From assembly GCA_965217115.1 (NCBI GenBank), contig OZ244239.1, forward strand, positions 224,001-288,000: DNA of 64,000 nucleotides, given 5' to 3'. Of this stretch, positions 37,901-47,312 are shown in pieces. A program made the position numbers and the translations under genes. The notes under the pieces are model-generated. The model worked only from the letters and a program-made list of their open reading frames with translations. It did not search any database and was not told the DNA's origin. The stretch is from Bdellovibrionales bacterium (GTDB lineage Bacteria > Bdellovibrionota > Bdellovibrionia > Bdellovibrionales > CAYMLA01). Within the stretch, counting starts at the first letter, position 1; every line of letters begins with the position of its first letter.

Positions 37901-39995
37901 ATCTAAAGTTCTTTAAATAGTCAGGTTGAAATATCTTATCTAACACAGAATCTGTATCATCATTATTTTTAAGCCATTCTCTAACAATATGCCCTATTCT
38001 TTTTATTGATATGGATGTACCCGTTGATTCTATTAAAAAACTAATATCTCTCACAATAAGATCTATATTATCTAGGAAATTCTCCCAATCCTTGTGAGCT
38101 ATTTTTTTTGCAAGAACCTTTTTGGGAAAGAGATAGTCTATACTCTTCTCTAATCTAGAAAAATGATGCTTAAGATATTGACTTAATAGCAGAAACATAT
38201 TTAGTTCCTTGAGATTTATCGTTTGACGACTTCCCCCTAAAAACAGTCTCTTTAACTCAATAGTTTTACGAATAAGTTGTCTATCAATATGACGACCATG
38301 GGTTAGTTTTAATGTCATATTTATTAATATGGACAGCTCGTCAACAGAAATTTCTGTGATTCCCTGTCGTGAAATAGCATCCTTTAATATGCCCGCGATT
38401 CTCTGAAAGGATTCTATTTTTTCGTTAGGTGATGACAGTTTTCTGTATCTCTGACTGTACTCACCGCGAACATATTCACGCCATAAACCCTGAGTTAGGC
38501 TAATCAAAGACTTCCACTCACTGACCTTAATAATATGTGCATCGCCACCGATAAAAGTTTTTTTATACTTTAACAAAACCTTATAAATATCCTTCAAAAA
38601 AGAGGGTGACTTCGTAGCCTTTCCATCTTGATTCTCAATTAATTCCATAAGACCAATAAGAGATTTTAATTCATACACCCCTTTAGACTTGCGTAAATAG
38701 CTTGTTATTTTAGAGGACGCGGCTTCTAAAGATAGTAAGGACCTCTCAAAGAAGAGCTTCTCTGATTCACCTATTTTTCTTGGATCCCACTTTAATAAAT
38801 AAACTTTATGATATGGTTCTGAAATTTTCTGGATTTGATGAAGCCCTTCTGCCCAATAAGGAATTTGCAAAAACTCTTCACTTCGTAGAGATGTTCTACT
38901 ACCACCAATAAGAAATGATTTTACCGCCATGAGAGGCTCTAAATCATAATTAATTTGGACCTTATCTGGCCACAATACATGCATTTCATTTAATATCCTT
39001 GTTATTTTATTTGTTGAAATAGCTTCCTTGTCATATTTTTGACTTATATAAGAAAAGAAATGACTTAAATCGTCAGTGATACCCCGAAACGAAGACCAAG
39101 ACTGAGCGTGCCAAATGCTCTTGTCTTGTTGCCTAATAATATCTACACGCAAATACTGCGAAAATGAAAAAGAGAACAACTCCACAAAACCAGGCCACTG
39201 ATGGGGCAATACTTTATCAACAGGCCCTCCAATAAATGCATCTTTAGACTCCCCTACTAGGGATAGGTACGTTCCTACCTGTGATGCAAACATCCATTTC
39301 TTCTTTGGTTGAACCAGTGACTCTAAACTTTTCAAAAAATGAGGGAAACGAGATATCTGGTACTCTTTATTGTTATTTTCTAATAACTTTCCTATACGCC
39401 TTTGAACATGATTAAATTCCTTAAGCCCTACCTGAAGACGATGTTCTTGTTCTTCATTATAATTAGGCCATTTTTCTTTAAAAGAGAAAATATCCATATA
39501 CGGCCTTAAAGCCAATGACATTTTGACCAATTCATCAAACACAGACACAAAACGTTTTAACTCTTGATGGGTTAACGATTTTTCATCTCCTCCCAACAAT
39601 AGCGCTTTGACTTCCAGTATGTAGGAGAGTGTCTCTACTGATACAGGAGTTTTAGTGACATATTTTTCTAGAAGATAAATAATCTCTTGAGATGAATATC
39701 TCTCTTTGCGAGAACCCTCAGCATGCCTATAGAAAATTCTAACTCCCTTTCCCAAGCATTGCCAAAACTGTTGCACCTCTTCTTCCGAAGCTGTTTGATT
39801 AAAATACTTATGCATCCACCCACGAGTTTGCGTAAAACAGGACCCTTTTTTAGAGTCTAGACGTAGAATCGTTTTTTCTTCACTCTCATCAGACTGCTTA
39901 TTCAAAAATTTCCCACAACCTGAAAAAACAACTAAAGAGGCAAACACTATCATCGTATTGAGGCAATATGATCTCTTGAAGAGATTAAAAAACAT
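34947..39995 (-). CDS. Giant helical-repeat lipoprotein with C-terminal EF-hand-like loops, function unknown
   Basis: Lipobox FSG-C27, about 10 repeats of K-x2-(F/L)-(I/L)-GG-x4-h-x3-(E/Q/D)-(W/L/F), DGDRDGWLMKDE EF-hand. Confidence 0.75.
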   Translation of the reverse strand: MFFNLFKRSYCLNTMIVFASLVVFSGCGKFLNKQSDESEEKTILRLDSKKGSCFTQTRGWMHKYFNQTASEEEVQQFWQCLGKGVRIFYRHAEGSRKERYSSQEIIYLLEKYVTKTPVSVETLSYILEVKALLLGGDEKSLTHQELKRFVSVFDELVKMSLALRPYMDIFSFKEKWPNYNEEQEHRLQVGLKEFNHVQRRIGKLLENNNKEYQISRFPHFLKSLESLVQPKKKWMFASQVGTYLSLVGESKDAFIGGPVDKVLPHQWPGFVELFSFSFSQYLRVDIIRQQDKSIWHAQSWSSFRGITDDLSHFFSYISQKYDKEAISTNKITRILNEMHVLWPDKVQINYDLEPLMAVKSFLIGGSRTSLRSEEFLQIPYWAEGLHQIQKISEPYHKVYLLKWDPRKIGESEKLFFERSLLSLEAASSKITSYLRKSKGVYELKSLIGLMELIENQDGKATKSPSFLKDIYKVLLKYKKTFIGGDAHIIKVSEWKSLISLTQGLWREYVRGEYSQRYRKLSSPNEKIESFQRIAGILKDAISRQGITEISVDELSILINMTLKLTHGRHIDRQLIRKTIELKRLFLGGSRQTINLKELNMFLLLSQYLKHHFSRLEKSIDYLFPKKVLAKKIAHKDWENFLDNIDLIVRDISFLIESTGTSISIKRIGHIVREWLKNNDDTDSVLDKIFQPDYLKNFRFIITGGRDFIIREGQWVKLLKRTSQMYLSYLSSLREHREVLNKEGPDGFTKHPESLKLMLRNLSRVLQKDKRTIGSREVAIFLKPFFNRDMSDEKSEVWVRSFKAMVIGGNRDKWTWEDFFYASKKLQTWTDVGKILANQSNIWALKQGIPKEEFSQFEKDISRAINIISSNFKAQKGRIRISDVSSFLQTIEEALEVSIPDMLKDERVLQNLFQMALARENSDLVSPHELEHILQSLSHIYVEFARWSIYKKHPDKSFAFNSLDYRLIFNALAKASELNGRGYFRWSEIVQATKDIHQYYPEDPLFPLEWSEEIPHVKTMFVGGRGDIWNSKDIRAVPEVINNAYQFYLKLQLHLPLFSLEHLPWAQVVNDLEGVLKIFEDWGSTFDEFNGVLHIRNFTTMAPQIGEEVFEETWSEIVELVDKYEPLITSVKGGLIGGDKDLVVSGEWAYFLKGLSATYIAYWQINIYLSKEELVTYPGLNHLKGFIEIWSKELRSVLSLKEGKSISLREMEDIMRGIYDSGVRFSEVSMETLSHVLNNVLQKIFGREANLGTTVVTDKTIVNMKSDIDQWLNVQGFINDIYREEGKKYSLLDLRENWEEYVSIWQVKSKENLITEDLKNLFEVINIDFSLAHNKKERLYFSRESSIYYTHKDLTQISWKNSLVRLVLSGYNQNSLEGSDLKGESLETIYGDFKKLAYEFGLFDPRIDGTWKFLALNADILTYHSNGDGLINHAEAVNLILMVLSGASHAKEIYQSLKDKCKSDRLDIYERPSLVFSCFSKEFYSSVISDFSDSPKLMKGLVSLFVKDSQSPLGWSLSKGRYRRGITEVSGGGFYNNNIDEDEGLVWDKDYINTVIEKVSFRNWIEEGDYEYAQLGTFLQILLSVEVIFQRFDGDRDGWLMKDEVLAAFPLFDKTLLKMSELDDVSMRRSLLTYIFSHKKIPRQDSFLNKLGFIGWHKLNSQEFRVDRRDVLKSFTKIINAVD

Positions 39996-41310
39996 AGGTC
40001 ATCCCCCCGAAAATACGATCATTCTCAGTATATCTGGAAATAAAACCAGTTCTGCTCTTAGCTTCTGCCGATAGTAATTCTAATCCTGCAAATACATCCC
40101 ATTTCGTTCCAATTCTATGAATAAAATCGATGACCGTAACCGTTCCTTTTTGTGATAAATCTCGCAACCAAGTCATTTTTAAAGTTGATTGACCTAAGAG
40201 ACGTTTAAAATGAATTTTCACCGCATTTTGATAATTAAATCGTCCAAAAAAGATAGGTTCGTCACTAAAACTGTAACCCTCTTCGCGGCTCTCTCCTCCA
40301 GAGATGGTTAGGTAAGAAAGACTTCCTGACCAATTTCTTTTTTCCATTGATACATCAACTGAGTATCCTTTAGAGTTATTGTAAACCTGGTTAACAAAAT
40401 ATTCTTCAAATTCAGTTTTTACTAGCCTTTCCTGAATATAAGAAATAGACGCCGTTGTTGAGTCAGAAAAACGATAACCTAAATCACCTGATACAACCTC
40501 TTCCTGGAAAAACCTGGGAAGTAATGTGACCTCAATAAGAGGCTTTTCTCTGATTTTTAACCGTGGACGATAGCTCAGTAATAATTGATTTGCTGGTTTC
40601 ATACCATATGCACCTCTCATCCACCATCCGTCTTTCCCTCCAAACTCTAATAAAACTCCATGGGAAGGTTTGATTAAGAGGCTCTCAAGGTCGGGATGGA
40701 TAGTTTTATAATTAATTTTGGAGACCCCTGTTCCAAGCTGAAATTTCTTTGGCGGGGACTGAAACCATGGGTTACGAGATTCTATATTCCCTTCTCTCTC
40801 CCTTATAATAGGGCCATGATCGGGAATAAATGCAGGGGAGAAAAAAGCAACCCAACGTACTTGAGGACGAATCCGTTCAACGAAAAGTCCTGTTAAGCCT
40901 TGGGCTTTAGGTTTAATATAATTTGAGCGATAACGGGGCTCCCAAAGCCCAAGGCTCCAATCACGATCTATCTGACTCCAAATTATTTTTTTTCGCCCCA
41001 GAGAGATGCGCCAATTGTTATCCTCCCAAGAAGTGTAGACCTCAGATAGATTATAATCCAATTCCTTCTGTTCATAAGTTAATTTCAAATCTAAGGGGCT
41101 TTTAAAAACACTATTGACCAAAGGTTTGTGAAGAAAGCGGGCTTCAAATTTTGATCCTTGCAAAATGCCAGCCTGTTCTGACAAACCGATGGAGGAACTC
41201 CATGTATTCTTAGATAGAGCCGAGAAGTGCAACACATCCTCAGCCAAAATGACTGAGCCGTATCCACCTAAGGTCAGTAAAAATATGGTCACTGCAAATA
41301 ACTGAATCAA
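39985..41310 (-). CDS. Hypothetical outer-membrane beta-barrel protein
   Basis: Start moved to TTG 41310 behind GGGAG, which gives a signal peptide (ORF track starts at 41409). ISLGRKKIIWS..D..W.LGLWEP, amphipathic strands, C-terminal GGMTYVF. Overlaps the downstream gene by 11 nt. Confidence 0.65.
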   Translation of the reverse strand: MIQLFAVTIFLLTLGGYGSVILAEDVLHFSALSKNTWSSSIGLSEQAGILQGSKFEARFLHKPLVNSVFKSPLDLKLTYEQKELDYNLSEVYTSWEDNNWRISLGRKKIIWSQIDRDWSLGLWEPRYRSNYIKPKAQGLTGLFVERIRPQVRWVAFFSPAFIPDHGPIIREREGNIESRNPWFQSPPKKFQLGTGVSKINYKTIHPDLESLLIKPSHGVLLEFGGKDGWWMRGAYGMKPANQLLLSYRPRLKIREKPLIEVTLLPRFFQEEVVSGDLGYRFSDSTTASISYIQERLVKTEFEEYFVNQVYNNSKGYSVDVSMEKRNWSGSLSYLTISGGESREEGYSFSDEPIFFGRFNYQNAVKIHFKRLLGQSTLKMTWLRDLSQKGTVTVIDFIHRIGTKWDVFAGLELLSAEAKSRTGFISRYTENDRIFGGMTYVF

Positions 41311-41571
41311 GTTACACTCCCTATCTATTACTTCCTGTAATTGAATGGGTAGACTAAGTAATTTTAATAGGAATTGCCAGATATTGTCGGTGAAAAGAAT
41401 ATTTTTCAAAGGCTCATAAACCCTGAAAAATTTTTTTCACCGCTCTATTTTGATTTGAAGATGGACACTCTGAAATTTTTACAATAAACTCAAATAACAA
41501 CGATTCTTTATGTATTGAGTGCAGAATCCTATAGAGATACCCAGAAACCCTAGAGTAAGCAGAGGAATAGA

Positions 41572-43731
41572 ATGAAGGAAAAATCAGAGAGAAAAAACTG
41601 GCTAAAGATACTTGTTATTCTTCTCATTCTCATCTTGAGCTATTCTTTTTTTACTTTTGATCTAGGTCAGTATCTAACACTTGATTACCTAAAATCTCAA
41701 AGGCAGTCCTTGCAAGCCTATTACATAGGCCATCGATTTTCTACTATTCTGATCTTTACGGGTGTTTACATTCTTGTAACCGCCCTTTCATTGCCTGGCG
41801 CCGCAATTATGACTCTTGCAGGAGGAGCTATATTTGGCACAGCCATAGGGACTATCACTGTTTCTTTTGCAAGCACCATTGGAGCAACACTGGCTTTCTT
41901 GGCCTCTCGTTTTTTGCTAAAAGACTATATTCAGAGCAAATTTGCTTCAAGGCTTAAGATAATAAATGAAGGTGTGGCTAAGGATGGGGCCTTTTTTCTT
42001 TTTACGATGCGTTTGATTCCTGCATTTCCATTTTTTCTTATCAATTTGGCCATGGGACTAACATCTATTGGAGTCATAACTTTTTTCTTTGTCAGCCAAA
42101 TTGGGATGCTTGCAGGCACGTTGGTTTTCGTTAATGCTGGTCATCAATTGAGTCAGATTACTTCTTTGTCAGGAGTTCTATCTCCAAATCTCTTAGGCTC
42201 TTTTGCTCTTATAGGTATTGCCCCCTTTATCTTCAAAGGTTTTATTGGCTATATTAAATCTCGCAAATATCTTAAAAAATATAAGAGCCCTAAGAAATTT
42301 AATTATAACCTCGTTGTCATAGGCGCTGGTTCAGGTGGTCTAGTCACCTCCTACATTGCTTCAGCGATTAAGGCTAAGGTTGCTTTAATTGAAAAACATA
42401 AAATGGGTGGAGATTGTCTCAATACAGGGTGTGTTCCTAGTAAAGCCCTCATCCGCTCTGCTAAAATGGTTCACTACTACAGAAACAGTCAAAAATACGG
42501 CATTGAATCTGTTGATTTTAAATTTAACTTTGCAGATGTTATGGAGAGGATTCAATCAGTTATCAAAAAAATCGAACCCCATGATTCCATTGAGCGATAC
42601 TCTGATTTAGGAGTTGATTGTATTCAGGGAGAGGCAAAAATTCTTTCTCCCTATGAGGTCCAAGTCAATAACGAGATTATCACGACTAAGAATATTATCA
42701 TCGCAACAGGGGCGCGCCCCTTCGTCCCGTCTATTCCTGGGTTAGAGGAAATAGATTTTCTTACCTCTGACAATGTGTGGAATTTACGAGAGCTTCCAAA
42801 AAAAATGATCGTTCTCGGTGGTGGGCCTATAGGTAGTGAGCTGGCACAGGCCTTCCAAAGACTTGGAGCTGAAATCACAATGATAGAACGTGGCTCTACC
42901 ATTATGGGGCGAGAAGATGACGAGATCTCTGCTGCGGTTATGGAGAAATTTCGTCATGACGGGATCAATCTACTGACCGAACACTCTGCCAAAAAAATTA
43001 TTAAAGAGAATGATCAACAGTCTCTTATCTGTGAAAAAAACAATGGCGAGGAGGTTAAGATTCCATTCGACAAAATTCTTCTCGCCCTCGGGCGAAGAGC
43101 TAACGTCACGGGTTTTGGTCTGGAAGAACTAGACATCAAGATAACAGAACGGGGAACCATCCAAGCCGATGAGTTTTTAAGAACTAATTACCCTAATATT
43201 TACGTCTGTGGTGATGTTGCTGGTCCCTATCAATTCACCCATACGGCTGCCCATCAGGCATGGTATGCTGCTGTGAATGCTCTTCTCTCTCCTATAAAGA
43301 AATTCAAAACTGATTATTCCGTTATCCCATGGGCCACGTTCACCGATCCAGAGGTTGCACGGGTGGGTCTCAATGAAAAAGAGGCTATCGAACAGAACAT
43401 CTCTTATGATGTGACCACATATGGAATTGATGATCTTGATCGTGCCATTGCCGACGACACAGACTATGGCATTGTCAAAGTTCTTACCGAGCCTGGCAAA
43501 GATCGCATATTAGGTGTTACCATTATGGGCCAGCATGCAGGAGATATTATTGCCGAATTCATTTTAGCGATGAAATACAACCTTGGTCTCAACAAAATAC
43601 TCGGCACAATTCATATTTATCCTACAAATGCAGAAATGAATAAATACGCCGCAGGTAATTGGAAAAAAGCCAACGTTCCTCGGAAATTATTAAAATTAGT
43701 TGAAAAATTTCATGCTTACCGAAGAGGTTAA
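41572..43731 (+). CDS. VTT/TVP38 (DedA-superfamily) membrane domain fused to a class I pyridine nucleotide-disulfide oxidoreductase
   Basis: N-terminal LSLPGA..TLAGGAIFG, MRLIPAFPF. C-terminal GAGSGG, GGDCLNTGCVPSK, GGGPIGSE, GDV, FTDPE, IHIYPT. Confidence 0.9.
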   Translation: MKEKSERKNWLKILVILLILILSYSFFTFDLGQYLTLDYLKSQRQSLQAYYIGHRFSTILIFTGVYILVTALSLPGAAIMTLAGGAIFGTAIGTITVSFASTIGATLAFLASRFLLKDYIQSKFASRLKIINEGVAKDGAFFLFTMRLIPAFPFFLINLAMGLTSIGVITFFFVSQIGMLAGTLVFVNAGHQLSQITSLSGVLSPNLLGSFALIGIAPFIFKGFIGYIKSRKYLKKYKSPKKFNYNLVVIGAGSGGLVTSYIASAIKAKVALIEKHKMGGDCLNTGCVPSKALIRSAKMVHYYRNSQKYGIESVDFKFNFADVMERIQSVIKKIEPHDSIERYSDLGVDCIQGEAKILSPYEVQVNNEIITTKNIIIATGARPFVPSIPGLEEIDFLTSDNVWNLRELPKKMIVLGGGPIGSELAQAFQRLGAEITMIERGSTIMGREDDEISAAVMEKFRHDGINLLTEHSAKKIIKENDQQSLICEKNNGEEVKIPFDKILLALGRRANVTGFGLEELDIKITERGTIQADEFLRTNYPNIYVCGDVAGPYQFTHTAAHQAWYAAVNALLSPIKKFKTDYSVIPWATFTDPEVARVGLNEKEAIEQNISYDVTTYGIDDLDRAIADDTDYGIVKVLTEPGKDRILGVTIMGQHAGDIIAEFILAMKYNLGLNKILGTIHIYPTNAEMNKYAAGNWKKANVPRKLLKLVEKFHAYRRG

Positions 43732-43786
43732 AATCACCCAGAATGATCACTTATATTACAGAAGTTAATAGACCGTGTGCTGATTT

Positions 43787-46700
43787 TTATTTTAATCCAA
43801 CAAACTCTAAATCTCCGAAGCTCTTATGTAAACGCTCTACCAACGCCAAATTAGTTTTAACTCTAAAATCCTCAGAGATATCCAAATAAGTCACTCTCTT
43901 AAGATCATTCAAAAACACCGACACGGACACCTTCGTCTCACCCGGGAACTCTTCACAAATATTCTTCAATTCCTCCAATTGACTCTCAACAAATTTTTCA
44001 GACAGATTAAAAGTAATCCCTCTAGAGGATGTCATTTTCTCTTCTATAATCTCAATGTCATCAACGATCACTTTGAAGTGCCCCTCTTTTTGCTCTAATT
44101 TCCCACTCACAAGAACTGGATCATCAGTATTCACTTTCGCCTCAAGATCCTCATACGCATCTGGAGGTATTACCAGCTCGATCGTGCTACTTAAGCCCTC
44201 TAAATAAGCAAAGGCCATTTTTGTTCCTTTCTTGGTGATAAAAAGCTTCTGCCCTCCTATAATTCCAGCAAATGTCACTGGGCATTGACTTACAACCTTA
44301 CCAAAGTGAGTTTTTCCCTTAATCTTAGGTAGACTTTCATATTTCTCCTCATCCATATCTTCAATGGAACATGACGTCCACAACCTTAGAAATCTATCCA
44401 ACCCATTTAATGGATGATCGCTCAAGTAAAAGCCCAAGACCTCTTTCTCATATTGCAGACGAGTTTGCCGTGTCCATGGAGGAAGACTATCTAAAACTAC
44501 TTTTTGTTCAGCCGCTTCCTCCGAGATAGAAAATAAACTCACCTGACCAACCTCTGCATCATGTCGATTTAACTCGGCCCTCTCCAGAAACTTTGTGTAT
44601 CCATTCAATAAACTAGCCCTATTATAATCAAAGCCATCAAGACCACCTGCTTTAATTAGGCACTCAACCACCTTCTTATTGACCCGACGTAAATCAATCG
44701 TATCAAAAAACTCTTCCAATGATGTAAATTGCTGGGACTCTAAACTATTGCGGCCCTCGATAAGAGCCTCCACTGCCGCTGACCCTACACCCTTAATCGC
44801 CCCCATACTGTAAAACACCATGTTATCTCTTACATCAAAGAGAATCGATGATTTATTCACATGGGGACTGCCCACCTCAATATCATGCTGGCGAGCATCC
44901 TTTACAATACGCACAACTTTATCCGTATTATTCATTTCAGAACTCAATAGACCACCATAAAACTCTGCAGTGTAATGGTTTTTTAACCAAGCTGTTTGTG
45001 CTGTAATCACGGAATAGCCCGCTGCATGGGATTTATTAAACCCATAGGAGGCAAACTTAAACATCAATTCAAATAGCTCTTCGGCTTTCTCCTTATCAAA
45101 TTTCTTGCTCACTGCACCTTCAATAAAACGTGCACGCTGCTGCTCCATCTCGGAAGTGATTTTCTTACCCATCGCGCGACGAAGCATATCGGCTTCACCC
45201 AAAGAATATCCAGCAATCTTTGCTGCAATTAACTGAACCTGTTCTTGATAAACGATAATTCCGTGGGTCTCCTTAAGAATTTCTTCTAACTCGACAAAAA
45301 GATATTCTACCTCTTCTGTTCCATGGTGTCTTGCTGTAAAAGATCGAATCATGTCCATCGGGCCTGGACGATACAATGACGTAATTGCCATAATATCGGC
45401 AAAGCTTGTCGGCTTAATCATCCTCGTCGCATCGGTAATTCCATCCCCTGAAAATTGAAAAACTCCCGTTGTATCACCACGGGATAATGTCTCATAAATA
45501 GCCTTATCGTTAATATCAATTTCTTCAGATAGAATCGTTTTATTCCGATTCTTTTTTATAAGGTCTAAAGAGTGTTGGATATGTGTTAAAGTCTTTAATC
45601 CAAGAAAATCAAATTTAATTAAACCCATCTTTTCAGCGTACTTCATATCATACTGAATAATGCTCTCTCCGTCTGACCCTCGTGCTAATGGAGAATAATT
45701 CACCAATTCTTGATCGGCAATAATCACACCCGCTGCATGAATCCCCGCATGGCGGACTAAGCCTTCAATCTTTAGAGCAATGTTAATCAAATTGTTAACC
45801 TGCGGATCCATCTCCATCAATTCAGACAATTTTGGCTCTTGCTCTAGAGCTTTGGTTAAATTAATATCTAAATCATCTGGTATGAGCTTAGCAATAGGGT
45901 CGACATCTGAATAGAGCATCCCTAAGACTCGCCCCACATCACGCACGGCCGCTTTGGCCTTTAACCTTCCGTAAGTAATAATTTGTGAAACATTTTCTTG
46001 GCCATACTTATTTGTCACATAGTCTATTACCTCTCCACGGCGATCCTGACAAAAATCAATATCAAAATCTGGCATGGAGATACGCTCAGGGTTCAAAAAT
46101 CTTTCAAAAATTAATTCATTAGACAACGGTTCTAAATCTGTAATTCCTAAACAATAAGCGACAAGACTGCCTGCACCTGATCCTCGTCCTGGCCCCACAG
46201 GAATACCGCAACCCTTTGCCCAGCTAATAAAATCCTCTACGATTAAAAAGTAACCATTAAAACCCATACTATCAATCACTGACAATTCATATTCTAAGCG
46301 ATCATTATACTCTTTTAATAGCTCTTTAGAAAATTTCCATCCACGCCCACGCAAAAAGTCTAAACGCACCTTTAAGCCATCTTCACTTTTTAAACGAATA
46401 GCCCCTGTCAGAGACAGCCCTCTCTCAGTGGGAAACACAGGCAAATGATAAATCGCCTGCCCCTCTTTATCTTTAAGCTTAAACTCCACATTACAACGGT
46501 CACTGATTTCTAAAGTGCGCTCATAAACCTCTGGCATATCCGAAAAGAGATCCCTCATCTCTTTGGGACTCTTAAAGTAAAACTGATCAGTCCCAAGTTT
46601 ATAACGATTTTCATCCATGATTGTTTTATTGCTACCAATACACACAAGAACTTCTTGCCCCAACTGGTCCTCTTGCTCGGTGTAATGCACATCATTGGCC

Positions 46701-47311
46701 GCCACCAAGGGTATTCCTAACTCTCTTGATAATTCCATTAAGAACGGATTAACTGTCTCCCATGCAGGCACGCCAGTGCGATTCATTTCTAAATAGAATC
46801 TATCTCCATAGATTTCTTTAAAAACATTTGCTTTGCGCTTAGCCTCATCTGGACCACGATTTAAAAATGTCCACGGAATTTCTCCTTGAAGTCCACCCGA
46901 AAGAGCAATGAGACCCTGATTATGTTCTTGTAAAATTTCATAATCAATACGAGGGCGATAGTAAAAACCTTCCTGATAACCAATGGTTGATATTTTAGTC
47001 AGCCTTTGATAGCCCTTGTAATCCATCGCTAGCAAAACCAGTTTACGATTGGGCGTCGATATTGCATCACGATCTTGAGTCTTCTCATGGCGACTGCCTG
47101 GAGCTATTAAAACTTCCAAACCAATGATCGGCTTAATTCCAGCACTCTTACAAGAGAAGTAAAACTCTGCCGCACCAAACATATTGCCAATATCGGTCAA
47201 AGCCAAGGCGGGCATCCCCCACTCATTGGCCTTGCGAATTAAATCTTCACTACGACAACTTGCCTCTAATAAAGAATATTGAGAATGTGTATGTAAATGA
47301 ACAAAAGACAT
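43787..47311 (-). CDS. dnaE: DNA polymerase III alpha subunit
   Basis: FVHLHTHSQYSLL PHP domain, GPGRGSGAGS, FERFLNPERISMPDFDIDF, HAAG, KFDFLGL, YGFNKSHA. Start ATG 47311. Confidence 0.98.
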   Translation of the reverse strand: MSFVHLHTHSQYSLLEASCRSEDLIRKANEWGMPALALTDIGNMFGAAEFYFSCKSAGIKPIIGLEVLIAPGSRHEKTQDRDAISTPNRKLVLLAMDYKGYQRLTKISTIGYQEGFYYRPRIDYEILQEHNQGLIALSGGLQGEIPWTFLNRGPDEAKRKANVFKEIYGDRFYLEMNRTGVPAWETVNPFLMELSRELGIPLVAANDVHYTEQEDQLGQEVLVCIGSNKTIMDENRYKLGTDQFYFKSPKEMRDLFSDMPEVYERTLEISDRCNVEFKLKDKEGQAIYHLPVFPTERGLSLTGAIRLKSEDGLKVRLDFLRGRGWKFSKELLKEYNDRLEYELSVIDSMGFNGYFLIVEDFISWAKGCGIPVGPGRGSGAGSLVAYCLGITDLEPLSNELIFERFLNPERISMPDFDIDFCQDRRGEVIDYVTNKYGQENVSQIITYGRLKAKAAVRDVGRVLGMLYSDVDPIAKLIPDDLDINLTKALEQEPKLSELMEMDPQVNNLINIALKIEGLVRHAGIHAAGVIIADQELVNYSPLARGSDGESIIQYDMKYAEKMGLIKFDFLGLKTLTHIQHSLDLIKKNRNKTILSEEIDINDKAIYETLSRGDTTGVFQFSGDGITDATRMIKPTSFADIMAITSLYRPGPMDMIRSFTARHHGTEEVEYLFVELEEILKETHGIIVYQEQVQLIAAKIAGYSLGEADMLRRAMGKKITSEMEQQRARFIEGAVSKKFDKEKAEELFELMFKFASYGFNKSHAAGYSVITAQTAWLKNHYTAEFYGGLLSSEMNNTDKVVRIVKDARQHDIEVGSPHVNKSSILFDVRDNMVFYSMGAIKGVGSAAVEALIEGRNSLESQQFTSLEEFFDTIDLRRVNKKVVECLIKAGGLDGFDYNRASLLNGYTKFLERAELNRHDAEVGQVSLFSISEEAAEQKVVLDSLPPWTRQTRLQYEKEVLGFYLSDHPLNGLDRFLRLWTSCSIEDMDEEKYESLPKIKGKTHFGKVVSQCPVTFAGIIGGQKLFITKKGTKMAFAYLEGLSSTIELVIPPDAYEDLEAKVNTDDPVLVSGKLEQKEGHFKVIVDDIEIIEEKMTSSRGITFNLSEKFVESQLEELKNICEEFPGETKVSVSVFLNDLKRVTYLDISEDFRVKTNLALVERLHKSFGDLEFVGLK

Positions 47312-47312
47312 T

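Noticed and set aside
41572..43731. Mercuric reductase merA
   Set aside because: No C-terminal Cys-Cys pair, no NmerA domain and no mer operon.
43787..47311. Intein in DnaE
   Set aside because: Length of about 1174 aa is normal, and no splicing or homing-endonuclease motifs were seen.
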